Part shown: positions 43,481-54,141 of the stretch, piece by piece | How positions within the stretch are numbered: the stretch's first letter is position 1 | Layout: every line of letters begins with the position of its first letter | Assembly (NCBI GenBank): GCA_902785705.1 | Contig: CACZZN010000011.1 | Location: 605 to 64,604 of the forward strand | DNA: 64,000 bases | Direction of reading: 5' to 3' | Origin: an uncultured Veillonellaceae bacterium | GTDB taxonomy: Bacteria > Bacillota > Negativicutes > Selenomonadales > Selenomonadaceae | Position numbers and translations under genes: made by a program | Notes under the pieces: generated by a model | Databases searched by the model: none | Seen by the model: only the letters and a program-made list of their open reading frames with translations | What the model was told of the DNA's origin: nothing

Positions 43481-44683
43481 ATGATTTGGTATCCTTATGA
43501 ACAAATGAAAACGATGAAGAAACCTTACGAGATCATTGCTGCCGAAGGGGCGTATCTTTACACACAGGACACGAAGCTCTTGGATTCCATTTCATCCTGG
43601 TGGAGTGTGATCTACGGCTATCACCAGCCGGAAATCACGGAGGCCATCTGCAAACAGGCTGCCAAATTCTCACATGTGATGCTCGGCGGCCTTACCCATA
43701 AGCCTGTGGAAGAATTGTCCGGGAAACTGGCATCCTGGCTGCCGGGGGATCTGGATTACTGCTTCTTCTCCGATTCCGGCAGCGTCGCCGTGGAAGTGGC
43801 CTTGAAGATGGCGCTGCAGTATTATGTGAATCGCGGCGAGAACCATCGCAAAACGGTGCTGGCATTGCATCATGCCTATCATGGCGACACGTTCAAGGCC
43901 ATGGCTGTCGGCGATGACGAGGACTACCATTTCGTCCTGCAGGTCTACGGCGACAACCCCTATGTCGTGCATATCCCCACGGATATTGCATCTCTTGAGG
44001 CGGCCTTTGACCGTTATCATGATGAGTTGAACTGTTTTATCGTCGAACCGCTTTTGCAGGGTGCAGGCGGAATGCGCATGTATGACATTGCCTTTCTCAA
44101 GCGAGCGAGGGAGCTGTGTGATACCTATGGCGTACTGCTGATCTTCGACGAAGTAGCCACGGGGTTTGGACGGACCGGCCATCGTTTTGTCGCCGATGTG
44201 GTCCTGCCGGATATTTTGGTGCTGGGCAAGGGGTTGACCGGCGGACATATCGGCCATGCCGTCACGGTAGCCAACCAGAAGGTCTTTGCCGCGTTTTACG
44301 ATGATGCGCCGGAGAAAGCTTTGATGCACGGCCCGACCTTCATGGGCAATGCTTTGGCCTGTGCCGCAGCCAAGGCTGCTGTCGACCTCTTTGACCGACT
44401 CGATGTTCCATCCAGGGTTGCCCATATCGAGGAACTCACCCAGCGAGAGCTTGCGGGCTTTACCGACCCACGCATCCGCGAGGTCCGCATCATGGGCGGA
44501 TGTGCCTGCATAGAAGTCTATGATGCCGAGACATTGGCCGGATATCAGCAGTTTGCCTATGAACACGGTGTCTTTGCACGGCCTTTCCTGAAGTATCTGT
44601 ATTCGATGGTGCCTTACATCCTTACGGACGACGAACTCGTTCATATCTTCTCTGTGATGAAGGAATGGTTCCGGCAGGGTTAA
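43481..44683 (+). CDS. bioA: Adenosylmethionine-8-amino-7-oxononanoate aminotransferase
   Basis: 400 aa. SSWWSVIYGYHQPEI, FFSDSGSVAVEVALKMA and FDEVATGFGRTG (class III aminotransferase) blocks. Next to bioY. Confidence 0.88.
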   Translation: MIWYPYEQMKTMKKPYEIIAAEGAYLYTQDTKLLDSISSWWSVIYGYHQPEITEAICKQAAKFSHVMLGGLTHKPVEELSGKLASWLPGDLDYCFFSDSGSVAVEVALKMALQYYVNRGENHRKTVLALHHAYHGDTFKAMAVGDDEDYHFVLQVYGDNPYVVHIPTDIASLEAAFDRYHDELNCFIVEPLLQGAGGMRMYDIAFLKRARELCDTYGVLLIFDEVATGFGRTGHRFVADVVLPDILVLGKGLTGGHIGHAVTVANQKVFAAFYDDAPEKALMHGPTFMGNALACAAAKAAVDLFDRLDVPSRVAHIEELTQRELAGFTDPRIREVRIMGGCACIEVYDAETLAGYQQFAYEHGVFARPFLKYLYSMVPYILTDDELVHIFSVMKEWFRQG

Positions 44684-44755
44684 AGAACGGTCGAAAGCAT
44701 ATCCGTTTGCGGCCAAGTAAATATTTATAAAAAGTTAGTTACAAAGGGGACGAAA

Positions 44756-45346
44756 ATGAATCATCTTTCTGTTCGCGAAATCGTTCTGTGCGGCTTGTTT
44801 ATCGCCCTGATCACGGCAGGGACCTTTATCCGCATCCCTGTCGGCACGGATGTTTATACCCTGCAATTCATGTTCACTCTGCTGGCCGGGCTGGTCCTTG
44901 GTGCCCGCTTGGGTGCCATTGCCGTCGGCGCCTATGTATTGCTGGGCTTGCTTGGTGTCCCGGTGTTTGCCTCGGGCGGCGGCCCCGCCTATGTCCTGCA
45001 GCCAACGTTCGGCTATCTGCTGGCTTTCATCCTGCAGGCCTGGTTTTGCGGGTTCTGCGTGCGCCGTTTCTCGGCGGTATCTTATTCTGCTTTGCTGGCG
45101 GCCAATTTAGGCGGCATGGTCATTGTTTATGTGATCGGCATCGCCTGGTTTTATCTCGTCTCGAATTATGTGATCGCTGCCCCCATCCCCTTGTGGACTG
45201 CCATATTGTACTGCGGCGTTTTGCAGGCCCTGCCCGATTTCCTGCTCTGTCTGACAGCGGCAGCCATCGGTCTGCGCTGCTATAAAAGCGGAGTCTGGAT
45301 AACCGAAGAAAAATCTGCCGTCCTGCATGAGGATGCGTGTGCATGA
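44756..45346 (+). CDS. bioY: Biotin transporter BioY
   Basis: 196 aa, six hydrophobic helices. PVGTDVYTLQ and GGPAYVLQPTFGYLL blocks. Confidence 0.85.
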   Translation: MNHLSVREIVLCGLFIALITAGTFIRIPVGTDVYTLQFMFTLLAGLVLGARLGAIAVGAYVLLGLLGVPVFASGGGPAYVLQPTFGYLLAFILQAWFCGFCVRRFSAVSYSALLAANLGGMVIVYVIGIAWFYLVSNYVIAAPIPLWTAILYCGVLQALPDFLLCLTAAAIGLRCYKSGVWITEEKSAVLHEDACA

Positions 45347-45401
45347 ACCACCTGCCGATACGCATTCGTTTGTTGATCTCTCCCATTCCATTTTGATATA
45401 A

Positions 45402-45540
45402 CAGGACATGCCTGACAAACGCCATAGGGTATATTTTGCCTATGGCAAAATTTGAACAATTGCGTTATGTCAGGACAAGCCTGACGAAACGCCATAGGGT
45501 ATATTTTGCCTATGGCAAAATTTGAACAATTGCGTTATAA
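45402..45540 (+). repeat. Tandem 69/70-bp duplication carrying palindromic operator-like sites and the glgB promoter
   Basis: Unit CAGGACA[T/A]GCCTGAC(G)AAACGCCATAGGGTATATTTTGCCTATGGCAAAATTTGAACAATTGCGTTAT occurs twice (45402-45470 and 45471-45540). Only the second unit ends in TATAAT. Confidence 0.9.
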
Positions 45541-45632
45541 TGAGTTCAGCGTGTTTCACGAAAAAATTCATTTGGGATGGGAGGGAGCAGATAGGATCTC
45601 CGCTCATGGGGATTTTATCAAGGCGAAAATGT

Positions 45633-47651
45633 ATGGCAAATGAACACATCGGTCTGGTGGCACATGACGGGTGGCTGGAGCCCTATGAGGATGCGATTCG
45701 GGGGCGCCATGACCATGCAGTATGGAAACTGAACCAGCTCACGCAGAACGGAAAGCGTTCTCTTTCCGATTTTGCCACGGGGCATCTGTATTTTGGCCTG
45801 CACAGAACCGACAAGGGGTGGGTCTTCCGCGAATGGGCGCCCAATGCCACGGATATCTATCTCATCGGGGACTTCAACGGCTGGAAGGAAGATGACGCCT
45901 ATCGCTGCAAGCGCGTGTCCGACAGCGGCAACTGGGAAATCGAACTTCCCGCGGACAAGCTCAAGCACGGCGACCTCTACAAGATGAAGGTGCACTGGAA
46001 CGGCGGCGAGGGCGAGCGCATTCCCGCATGGTGCCAGCGCGTCGTACAGGACGACCAGACCAAGATTTTCTCCGCACAGGTGTGGGATCCCAAGAAAAAA
46101 CACACCTGGCATGACAAGGGCTTCAAGATCAAGACCGATCCGCTGCTCATCTATGAGTGCCACGTCGGCATGAGCCAGGATGCGGAAAAGGTCGGGACCT
46201 ATACGGAATTCAAGGAGAATGTGCTCCCCCGCGTCATCAAGGACGGCTATAACTGCATCCAGATCATGGCAATCCAGGAGCATCCCTATTACGGCAGCTT
46301 CGGCTATCATGTGAGCTCCTTCTTTGCAGCCAGCAGCCGCTGCGGCACGCCGGAAGAGCTCAAGGATCTCGTCGACACGGCACATCAGCAGGGCATCGCA
46401 GTCATCATGGACATCGTGCACAGCCACGCGGTCAAGAACGAGGTCGAGGGGCTCGGCAATCTCTGCGGCGATCCGAACCAGTTCTTCTATCCGGGCGACC
46501 GTCACGAGCATCCCGCCTGGGACAGCCTGTGCTTTGACTATGGCAAGGACGATGTGCTCCACTTCCTGCTTTCCAACTGCAAATACTGGCTGGAGGAATA
46601 CCACTTCGACGGATTCCGCTTCGACGGCATCACCTCCATGCTTTACTACAGCCATGGGCTCGGCGAAGCCTTCGGCGGCTACGGTGACTACTTCAACGGG
46701 CATCAGGATGACAATGCTATCTGCTATCTGACCCTTGCCAATAAGCTCATCCATGAGGTGAAGCCGGAAGCCATCACCATAGCTGAGGACGTGAGTGGTA
46801 TGCCCGGCCTCGCAGCGAAATTCGAGGACGGCGGCTATGGCTTCAACTACCGCCTCGCCATGAACATCCCCGACTATTGGATCAAGACCATCAAGGAGCA
46901 GAAGGACGAGGACTGGAAGCCCTCCAGCATCTTCTGGGAGGTCACGAACCGCCGCTCGGATGAAATGACCGTTTCCTATGCGGAAAGCCACGATCAGGCG
47001 CTGGTGGGCGACAAGACCATCATCTTCCGTCTCATCGACGCGGACATGTACTGGCACTTCCGCATCGACAACCGCAACGGCATGGTGGATCGCGGCATCG
47101 CGCTGCACAAGATGATCCGCCTCGTGACAGCCTCCACCATCAACGGCGGCTATCTCAACTTCATGGGCAACGAGTTCGGACATCCCGAATGGATCGACTT
47201 CCCGCGCGAAGGCAACGGATGGAGCTATAAATACGCGCGCAGGCAGTGGAGCCTGGTTGATGACCCCGAGCTCTGCTATCATTACCTTGGGGACTTCGAT
47301 CGGGAAATGCTCTCCATCATGAAGAGTGTCAAGGATTTCCAGAAGCTGCCCGTCATTGAGATCTGGCACAACGATGGCGATCAGATCCTCGCCTACATGC
47401 GCGGCGATCTCGTCTTCGTGTTCAACTTCTCGCCCACCCAGTCCTTCCCGGACTACGGCTTCCTCGTGCCAAAGGGAGAATACCATGTGGTGCTGAACAG
47501 CGATGCGACGAAATTCGGCGGCAACGGTCTGGCGGATGACAGCGTCCCGCATTTCACGAATCTTGACCCGCTTTATGAAAAGGACAAGAAGGAATGGCTG
47601 AAGATTTACATCCCGGCCCGCAGTGCAGTTGTCCTGCGTAAAGTAAAATAA
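45633..47651 (+). CDS. glgB: 1,4-alpha-glucan branching enzyme (GH13)
   Basis: Start taken at MANEHIG (45633). GH13 blocks DIVHSH, GFRFDGITSM, AEDVSG and ESHDQ. Confidence 0.88.
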   Translation: MANEHIGLVAHDGWLEPYEDAIRGRHDHAVWKLNQLTQNGKRSLSDFATGHLYFGLHRTDKGWVFREWAPNATDIYLIGDFNGWKEDDAYRCKRVSDSGNWEIELPADKLKHGDLYKMKVHWNGGEGERIPAWCQRVVQDDQTKIFSAQVWDPKKKHTWHDKGFKIKTDPLLIYECHVGMSQDAEKVGTYTEFKENVLPRVIKDGYNCIQIMAIQEHPYYGSFGYHVSSFFAASSRCGTPEELKDLVDTAHQQGIAVIMDIVHSHAVKNEVEGLGNLCGDPNQFFYPGDRHEHPAWDSLCFDYGKDDVLHFLLSNCKYWLEEYHFDGFRFDGITSMLYYSHGLGEAFGGYGDYFNGHQDDNAICYLTLANKLIHEVKPEAITIAEDVSGMPGLAAKFEDGGYGFNYRLAMNIPDYWIKTIKEQKDEDWKPSSIFWEVTNRRSDEMTVSYAESHDQALVGDKTIIFRLIDADMYWHFRIDNRNGMVDRGIALHKMIRLVTASTINGGYLNFMGNEFGHPEWIDFPREGNGWSYKYARRQWSLVDDPELCYHYLGDFDREMLSIMKSVKDFQKLPVIEIWHNDGDQILAYMRGDLVFVFNFSPTQSFPDYGFLVPKGEYHVVLNSDATKFGGNGLADDSVPHFTNLDPLYEKDKKEWLKIYIPARSAVVLRKVK

Positions 47652-47732
47652 ATCACTGCCGGTATCAGGCACAGGAAAAGCGCAGCCTTGCAAGCTGCGC
47701 TTTTCCTGTGTCTAAAACTTCCCCATCAATCG

Positions 47733-48539
47733 TTACGATGCTTCAATGCTGTCCCAATCAATGCCCAAGATCTTCTCCATGAGCTCTTCTTCCGTATCCG
47801 CCTCTACCATGGCTTTCTTGACGGGCATATACTCCCATTCGTCCTCATCTTCCGGCTTTTCGGCTTTGTCTTTTTCCGCCTGCTTCGCAGCCTCCTCGGC
47901 TTCCTCAGCACGCTTTTCCTTCAGCTTCTCCAGACGTTCCTGCTGATCGGCGGACAGCTTCTCCAGCTGTGCGAAGAGCTTCATATTGCCGTCGTTGTCA
48001 AAGGAAATGCCGATATGCGCGAACTGCACGCCTTCGCCCAGCCCGCCTTTTTCCGCGATCCCTTTCAGCTTGTCAATCGCAGTCTCCACATTGCCCATGA
48101 CCTTGTCGGCATATTCCTCGTCATCTGCCATCTTCTCCAGCTCGTCGTTGGTGAGGATGACGGAATACTGCTTGGTCCCTTGCTCCATCAGGCCCTGTGT
48201 GTCATCCATATTTTCTGTGATGATGAAGTCATAGTCTCCATATTTTTCGCGCAGCTTCGCCAGAAAATCCTGCGCCTTCGCGGAAAGCTTCTGTTCCGCG
48301 CCGACCGCGTTCCCGCCGCTACTTTCCTCGTTGTTCACCGCTTCCTTCCGCTGATTGGCCAGTGCTGCCAGCCCGTCACCGGAAAGCTCCACGGAAACAT
48401 CCTTCCCGAACATCGCGGACAGATCCTTCGCTGCCTCCGAAGCCTTTGCGGATGCCCCTTTCACTGCATTCGCGCCTTTGCCGAGCTGGCTCGTGCTCTT
48501 GTAGAGCTGGGCATAGTTTGCATTGATCATATTCGCCAT
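47733..48539 (-). CDS. Hypothetical acidic coiled-coil protein
   Basis: Start ATG 48539 after AGGGAGGAAAAAG. 268 aa with a very acidic, Lys/Glu-rich C-terminal half. No family recognised. Confidence 0.5.
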   Translation of the reverse strand: MANMINANYAQLYKSTSQLGKGANAVKGASAKASEAAKDLSAMFGKDVSVELSGDGLAALANQRKEAVNNEESSGGNAVGAEQKLSAKAQDFLAKLREKYGDYDFIITENMDDTQGLMEQGTKQYSVILTNDELEKMADDEEYADKVMGNVETAIDKLKGIAEKGGLGEGVQFAHIGISFDNDGNMKLFAQLEKLSADQQERLEKLKEKRAEEAEEAAKQAEKDKAEKPEDEDEWEYMPVKKAMVEADTEEELMEKILGIDWDSIEAS

Positions 48540-48691
48540 GACTTTTTCCTCCCTTGAACAATCACGAAATCCTTTTCCTATGGAAACGCTGAATGAATCA
48601 GTGTTTCCGTGTATTGCCGCGTCAGCGCTGCGACAATACTCCACTATGTATATCGAAGGATATCCCCGAAAAGTTAAGTGGAAATTTTCAC

Positions 48692-50503
48692 CTAATCCAC
48701 CTTGTTTTTCTTGCTTTCCTTTTGCTTTTTCCACCGTGTCAGCCGTTCTTCTTCCTGCTGCGCCTGCGCTTTCTCCAGTTGTTCGGCTTGCTTGGCATCG
48801 ATTTCTTTCAAGTATGCCATGGGAACAATCTCCGGATTCTTCGTGAGCTCATAGCAGGAACGATAGCTTTCCAGCGCTCCATCATGATCCGCAAGCTCAT
48901 CTCGGAGCATGCCCTGCATGAAATAGGCTGCTGCATTTTCCCCGTCCAGTGCCAGAGCAGACGCGACATCCTGAAGCGCAAGCGCATAATCCCCCTGCAT
49001 GTGATAGATATCCGCGCGATTCAGGAAATTATAGGGATTCGTGGCATCCATCTCCAGAGCCTGCGCCGCGTCCCGCAGACCTCCCTCGAAGTCCCCGCAG
49101 ATCGCCTTGGCACGCCCACGGATTCCATAGGCCTCCGGCAGATTCTCCTGCTGCTGGCTCGCGAAATATCTGGATATCTCCATCAGCGCATAATCGCCCA
49201 TCCCATAATCGCTGTAAGTATCCGCGTTCAGGTAAAGCTTCCTGGCCGCATTCACCTTCGCAGCCAAAGCTGCCTGACGACGCTTTTCCCATTCCGCCCT
49301 GCGCGCTGCCTCCTGCTCCCGCTGACGGATCCGCGCTCCGCTCGCCGCCTCGCCCGCATAGGCCGCAGCGACGATCCCATAGAGTTTTTCCATGCCCGAA
49401 GTACGCCGGATATATTCCCTCAGAACCGCATAGCTATGGTCCTCAGTCAGCAGATCGTCCCGTCCATCCGCCCCCTTGCGGAAATTCCATTCCTCCGCCG
49501 AATCATAATCATGAAAAGCCTTTGCCAGAGCGCCTGCCACATAATAGGCATTTTCCGTACGGTTGTCGTAATCATCGCTCGTCATGGCCGACGTATAGAC
49601 CAGATTCCCGTCAATCAGCACATTCCTGCGATTTTCCACGGTCACATGCCCGCAGCCGTACTCGGTCATCATGGCGGCGAACCTCTGCTCCCGCTTGTCC
49701 GTCTCCGGATGGTCGCTGAAATTCTCCTCGTTCGGCTTCGTATCCTGCGCATCGTATTCCCAAATGTCCGTCGTCTCATATTTCACGTAATGGCTCATGC
49801 GCGCCATTGCCGCCGCCGACCCGCCGGGATTGAAGCCCGCGCTCGTCATGAGATAGAAGCCCCCTGCATCCGCTTCATATTCCGTGGGAAGCGTTACATT
49901 CTTCGCAATGGAGTAATTGACGATGCCGTTCAGCCGGTTCCAATCCGTCGCCCCCGTTTCCATGTTCAGGAGGCTCAAACCCACGTACTGCGCCATTGCC
50001 TTCGCATAGTTCTTTGCGCTGTGCTGCTCAATGCCGTGGGTCATCTCATGCGCCAGCACCGCCGCCAATTCATCCTCGTCACAGTTCATTCCACGCACCA
50101 GTCCGCGGTTGATACTGATATAGTTCGTCGGATAGCACGCCGCATTGAACATCGGATCATCGTTCACAAAATAGGTAAATGGCAAGGAGTTTACCTGCAG
50201 CTCATATTCCCCTTGATTGATCAGCTTTGTCATGACGCGGCGCACCACGGCCTGATCGTGTTCGTTCGGATCCATCCCATTCTGCTGCTCATCCTGCACA
50301 CGCCCCGAGACCTGTGCGTTCACATCGTTCCCGATGGAAAGCATGGAAGCCAAACTGGACTGATATGCCGCCAGCACGCCCAAAGCCTCAGCCGCGACCG
50401 TCCACGCATCCGCTGCCTTCGCTCCCCCTGCGGGAAACAAAACGGCAAGCATCACCAGCAATCCCGCAATCCATCGATATAATTTCATCCGATACCGTTT
50501 CAT
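48692..50503 (-). CDS. Exported M48-family metallopeptidase with C-terminal TPR repeats
   Basis: Signal peptide MKRYRMKLYRWIAGLLVMLAVLFPAGGAKA, an HEMTH zinc motif, and TPR-like helices in the C-terminal third. Confidence 0.75.
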   Translation of the reverse strand: MKRYRMKLYRWIAGLLVMLAVLFPAGGAKAADAWTVAAEALGVLAAYQSSLASMLSIGNDVNAQVSGRVQDEQQNGMDPNEHDQAVVRRVMTKLINQGEYELQVNSLPFTYFVNDDPMFNAACYPTNYISINRGLVRGMNCDEDELAAVLAHEMTHGIEQHSAKNYAKAMAQYVGLSLLNMETGATDWNRLNGIVNYSIAKNVTLPTEYEADAGGFYLMTSAGFNPGGSAAAMARMSHYVKYETTDIWEYDAQDTKPNEENFSDHPETDKREQRFAAMMTEYGCGHVTVENRRNVLIDGNLVYTSAMTSDDYDNRTENAYYVAGALAKAFHDYDSAEEWNFRKGADGRDDLLTEDHSYAVLREYIRRTSGMEKLYGIVAAAYAGEAASGARIRQREQEAARRAEWEKRRQAALAAKVNAARKLYLNADTYSDYGMGDYALMEISRYFASQQQENLPEAYGIRGRAKAICGDFEGGLRDAAQALEMDATNPYNFLNRADIYHMQGDYALALQDVASALALDGENAAAYFMQGMLRDELADHDGALESYRSCYELTKNPEIVPMAYLKEIDAKQAEQLEKAQAQQEEERLTRWKKQKESKKNKVD

Positions 50504-50647
50504 AAAGCTGTAATCCTTTCTCTCAGGAACTGTCCCTCATACAACATTGTACCATAGCTTTTGAAAAAAGAGGAACACTTTCGTGTTTATAAACTCTTCC
50601 ATTTCTGCTATACTGAAGGCACGTTCCCAAGAAAGAAGGTATTTCTT

Positions 50648-51079
50648 ATGCCAGACGAACAGACTTCATCGAAAACGGTCGATATCACGAAGCCGCATGG
50701 GAAGCAGCAAATCATGAAAATGGATCTTCTGGACATGATCCATCGTGCGGAAAACCCCTTTGACATCATCTACCATCTCGCTCGCCAACTGGAGCAGGAG
50801 TCCAGCGAGCCGGGCTATGCCGCCTATGTGAAGGAGCAGCTTCTTGCTGTCTACGGCTTTGCGCTGCAGGACAAGAAACTCATCACCGACGAACTCCACG
50901 AGGTCGAGGCACGGCTCAAGCGCATCGAGGAGGCGCAGCAAAAGCCCGAGTTCACAGAAGAAGAGCATGTCCGCATCGGTTTTGCGATTGAGCGCCACAA
51001 AAAGAACATCGAACGTCTGAAGCTCCTGATTCAGCGCGCAAAGGACGATCCCGCACAGCTCTACCTCAAGAAAAACTGA
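50648..51079 (+). CDS. Hypothetical protein
   Basis: Start ATG 50648 after AGAAAGAAGG. 143 aa, helical and charged. No family recognised. Confidence 0.45.
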   Translation: MPDEQTSSKTVDITKPHGKQQIMKMDLLDMIHRAENPFDIIYHLARQLEQESSEPGYAAYVKEQLLAVYGFALQDKKLITDELHEVEARLKRIEEAQQKPEFTEEEHVRIGFAIERHKKNIERLKLLIQRAKDDPAQLYLKKN

Positions 51080-51176
51080 CAAAGAACTTCGTGCGAAACG
51101 GTGTTTCGCCCTACGCCCTTACACGAAATCCAAGCTCATACTGCGCCTTTGGCTTGTATTTGCTAAGATTTCATAG

Positions 51177-51221
51177 CAAAGAACCGGAAAGGCGGTGCCG
51201 CCCTCTCCGGTTCTTTTGTTT
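51177..51221. terminator. Bidirectional intrinsic terminator
   Basis: GAACCGGA...TCCGGTTC stem with an inner GGCGG/CCGCC, an A-run on the left and TTTTGTTT on the right. Confidence 0.75.
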
Positions 51222-51229
51222 GACGATAT

Positions 51230-54124
51230 CTACTGTGTGATTTCGTGGATGAACGCATAGCAGAGATGACTATCCCCGTCCTTCCCGATGCTGCAGAAGG
51301 TGGCCTTGAGCCAGATATTCCGCTGGTCTGCCGTCTTGAACGGATACTCCATGGTGACCAGCCGCCCGGTGCGGCCGGCCTCCTTGATGGCTCTCCGTAT
51401 ATTCCCGCAGACACTTGCCGGGACAGCCGTTTTCAGGTACTCCTTATCAATGCGTCCATCTGCGTCCATCAGCTGCTGCCCATTGATGTCCGTGAGCCAT
51501 TTGCTCAGGAAATGGCAATAGATATCCTCGCCCTTCAGCTCATAGACGCCAAAGCCTCCCGTCATGCTGTCCGACATGTTCTTGATCTGCATGCGGTCCT
51601 GCTCGGCCGTCGTAGCTTCCTCCATCACGAGATACAGCAGCTTCCGCATCTGTTCCACGAAAATGATGCTTGCGCGCACCCTCAGCCAGAGCATCCGCCC
51701 ATCCACGCAGTAGCGGCGGACCACACACTCCGCAGGCTTTTTGGTTTTCTCCGACTTCTCGATGGCCGCCCAAAGCGTATCCCGATCCTTCGGGTGCACA
51801 TCATTGATCACTGACCGGTTCGCATCGTAGACCGTATCCCTGTCATCCCCGAACAAGTTGAAATAGCCGTCATTCGCGCGCAACAGCTCCAAATGGTCGC
51901 CCATGATCTCATACAGCCCGATGCCCTCCGACGTGCTGTTGAAAAGCACTGTAAGCTGGGCGCTGAGGCTCATCATATCCACGGTATCGCTGTATCCCAG
52001 ATGCACCTCCGGCACCTTCTCGAAGCTGTTCTTCTCAATGAGCTTCTCATAGACATCCACAGGCACAGGCTTCGAGTAGTAGTACCCCTGCACGCACTCG
52101 CAGCCGATCGTGCGCAGGAAGTCCACCTGCTGCCGCGTCTCCACGCCCTCTGCAATCACCGGGATATGCAGCCATTTCGCCATCCGCACGATGGAGTTCA
52201 GGATATTTCCGGCGCGCCCGTTGTCTTCCCCTTCGTCGTAGCTCAGGAATTTCAAATCGATCTTCAAAATGTCCACCGGCATGTCCTTGAGCATATTCAG
52301 CGAAGAATAGCCGCTGCCGAAATCATCCATGAGAATCGGGAATCCCAGCTTCTGCAACTGTTTCGTGATCTCGATGATATGCTTCGGATTCTCCACATAG
52401 GCGCTCTCCGTCAGCTCCAGCTCCAGCAAACGCGGCGGCAGCCGATAGCGTTCCAGAAGATCCGTGAAATCCTGTATGATGGTCGGGCTGTAGAGATCCA
52501 CACGCGAAACATTGACGGAAATCGGCATGACAGGCGTTCCCCGGTCCAAATCCTGCCGCAGGAGCTGGCAAGCCTTTTCCCAGATGTACTTGTCCATGCG
52601 GTAGATGAATCCCGTGTGCTCAAAGATGGGAATGAACCGATCCGGCGGGATATTTCCCAGCTTCGGATGGATCCAGCGCACCAACGCCTCCGCGCCCACG
52701 ATTTTCTCCGCCATGAGTTCGTACTTCGGCTGCAGATAGAGCAGAAAATCCCCGTTCTCCAAGGAATCCGCCATATTGTTCACGATGACCTGCTCATTCA
52801 CGATACCGTCGCGCATCTTCTCATCGAACACCGTGCAGGTCACGAACCCGTTATTGTTGCTCTTGGCCAGCGCCATGCTGGCGCGGTCGCACATCGCGCT
52901 CACCGACAGGCTGCGATCCGCCACCACATAGACGCCGAAGTAGAAATCCACGCGGTAGTCCAGCGCGAAACTGGCAGCAAGCATCTGCAGGGAATGAACC
53001 AAGCGATTGCGGTTATCCGTTCCCGACGGATAGCAAATCACGAAATTGTCCGAGTGCAGCCGTCCATAGGTACAGTTCTCCATCTTCATGTTTTTCAGGA
53101 AGCGTGCCACATAGGTCAGAAGCCGGTCTCCCGTCTCCTCCCCGAAAAGATCGTTGATGATCTTGAAGCGAGCGATATCCATGCACATGATCTCGAACCC
53201 TGTGTCCGGATTCCTTGTGAGGATTTCCTCTGTTTCCGCAAAAAAAGCGTTTTTGTTGAAAATTCCCGTCAATGCGTCATGGCGGAGCGTAAACAGGTAA
53301 GTATCATGGGACTGCTTGAGCGGCGTAACATCCGTGACAATGCCGTTGAGCGTCCCGATGCCTGCCTGCTTGTCCAGCACATAGCGCCCGCATTCCATGA
53401 TGCTGAGCAGTTTTCCCGACTTCTGGACCAGATGATACTCGATCTGATAGTCCTCTTTTTTCAGCAGCTGCTTCCGGAGAGATTCCCGTATGTCCTCGCG
53501 CTCGTTCTTTAGGATGGCATCCATGTACCCGTTCGGGCAGGCCGCCTCGAATTCCTGCGCATCGGCATAGCCCATCATGCGCCACAGCTCGTCGCTGTAA
53601 TAGCTCATGCTGTGCATCTCGTCCGAGCGATAGACCACATAGGCGCAATTCACATAAGAGGACACCATGTCCATGATATCCTCCGCCGTGTTCTCGGCGC
53701 CCTCGTTCATGATGCGGGTGCTGATGAGCCGATAGGTGGCCTCGTGCCGCACATCACGCACGAAATGCAGCCCGCGAATGGAATACACGCCCTCACCGCT
53801 CCGGCGGTACATCACGCGCACGCGGTGCATGTTCGCCAGACGGTCCTTCCGGCGGAAAATCAGGTTCACATAAACCGTGCAGCCGCCGTCATCCGACGCT
53901 TTCTCGGTGCATCCCATCTTCGTGATCGTGCACGGCGCTACCAGAAGATGCTCTTTCTCCAACAGTTCGCGAACCGCCTTCGGCCCTACATGGTAGTCAT
54001 CCGAACGGATTCCAAAGGCAATGGCATCCTCATCCAGGATATCCATGATATTTTTGATGCTGCCATACTCATAGTATTCCCGCAGCAATGATTTCGTCAA
54101 AACAATCGCCCTGCTCCGTTCCAT
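51230..54124 (-). CDS. Multi-domain PAS-GGDEF-EAL signalling protein
   Basis: 964 aa. A GGDEF-like region (RLHSDNFVI, degenerate) and an EAL-domain region (ELTES, DDFGSGYSSL, LKIDLKF, EGVET). Confidence 0.85.
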   Translation of the reverse strand: MERSRAIVLTKSLLREYYEYGSIKNIMDILDEDAIAFGIRSDDYHVGPKAVRELLEKEHLLVAPCTITKMGCTEKASDDGGCTVYVNLIFRRKDRLANMHRVRVMYRRSGEGVYSIRGLHFVRDVRHEATYRLISTRIMNEGAENTAEDIMDMVSSYVNCAYVVYRSDEMHSMSYYSDELWRMMGYADAQEFEAACPNGYMDAILKNEREDIRESLRKQLLKKEDYQIEYHLVQKSGKLLSIMECGRYVLDKQAGIGTLNGIVTDVTPLKQSHDTYLFTLRHDALTGIFNKNAFFAETEEILTRNPDTGFEIMCMDIARFKIINDLFGEETGDRLLTYVARFLKNMKMENCTYGRLHSDNFVICYPSGTDNRNRLVHSLQMLAASFALDYRVDFYFGVYVVADRSLSVSAMCDRASMALAKSNNNGFVTCTVFDEKMRDGIVNEQVIVNNMADSLENGDFLLYLQPKYELMAEKIVGAEALVRWIHPKLGNIPPDRFIPIFEHTGFIYRMDKYIWEKACQLLRQDLDRGTPVMPISVNVSRVDLYSPTIIQDFTDLLERYRLPPRLLELELTESAYVENPKHIIEITKQLQKLGFPILMDDFGSGYSSLNMLKDMPVDILKIDLKFLSYDEGEDNGRAGNILNSIVRMAKWLHIPVIAEGVETRQQVDFLRTIGCECVQGYYYSKPVPVDVYEKLIEKNSFEKVPEVHLGYSDTVDMMSLSAQLTVLFNSTSEGIGLYEIMGDHLELLRANDGYFNLFGDDRDTVYDANRSVINDVHPKDRDTLWAAIEKSEKTKKPAECVVRRYCVDGRMLWLRVRASIIFVEQMRKLLYLVMEEATTAEQDRMQIKNMSDSMTGGFGVYELKGEDIYCHFLSKWLTDINGQQLMDADGRIDKEYLKTAVPASVCGNIRRAIKEAGRTGRLVTMEYPFKTADQRNIWLKATFCSIGKDGDSHLCYAFIHEITQ

Positions 54125-54141
54125 GCCCTTCTCCCCTTTTA

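Noticed and set aside
47671-47709. 16-bp hairpin ACAGGAAAAGCGCAGC/GCTGCGCTTTTCCTGT after glgB as a classical intrinsic terminator
   Set aside because: There is no U-tract on either strand after the stem. It may still terminate or stabilise transcripts, but I did not annotate it as a terminator.
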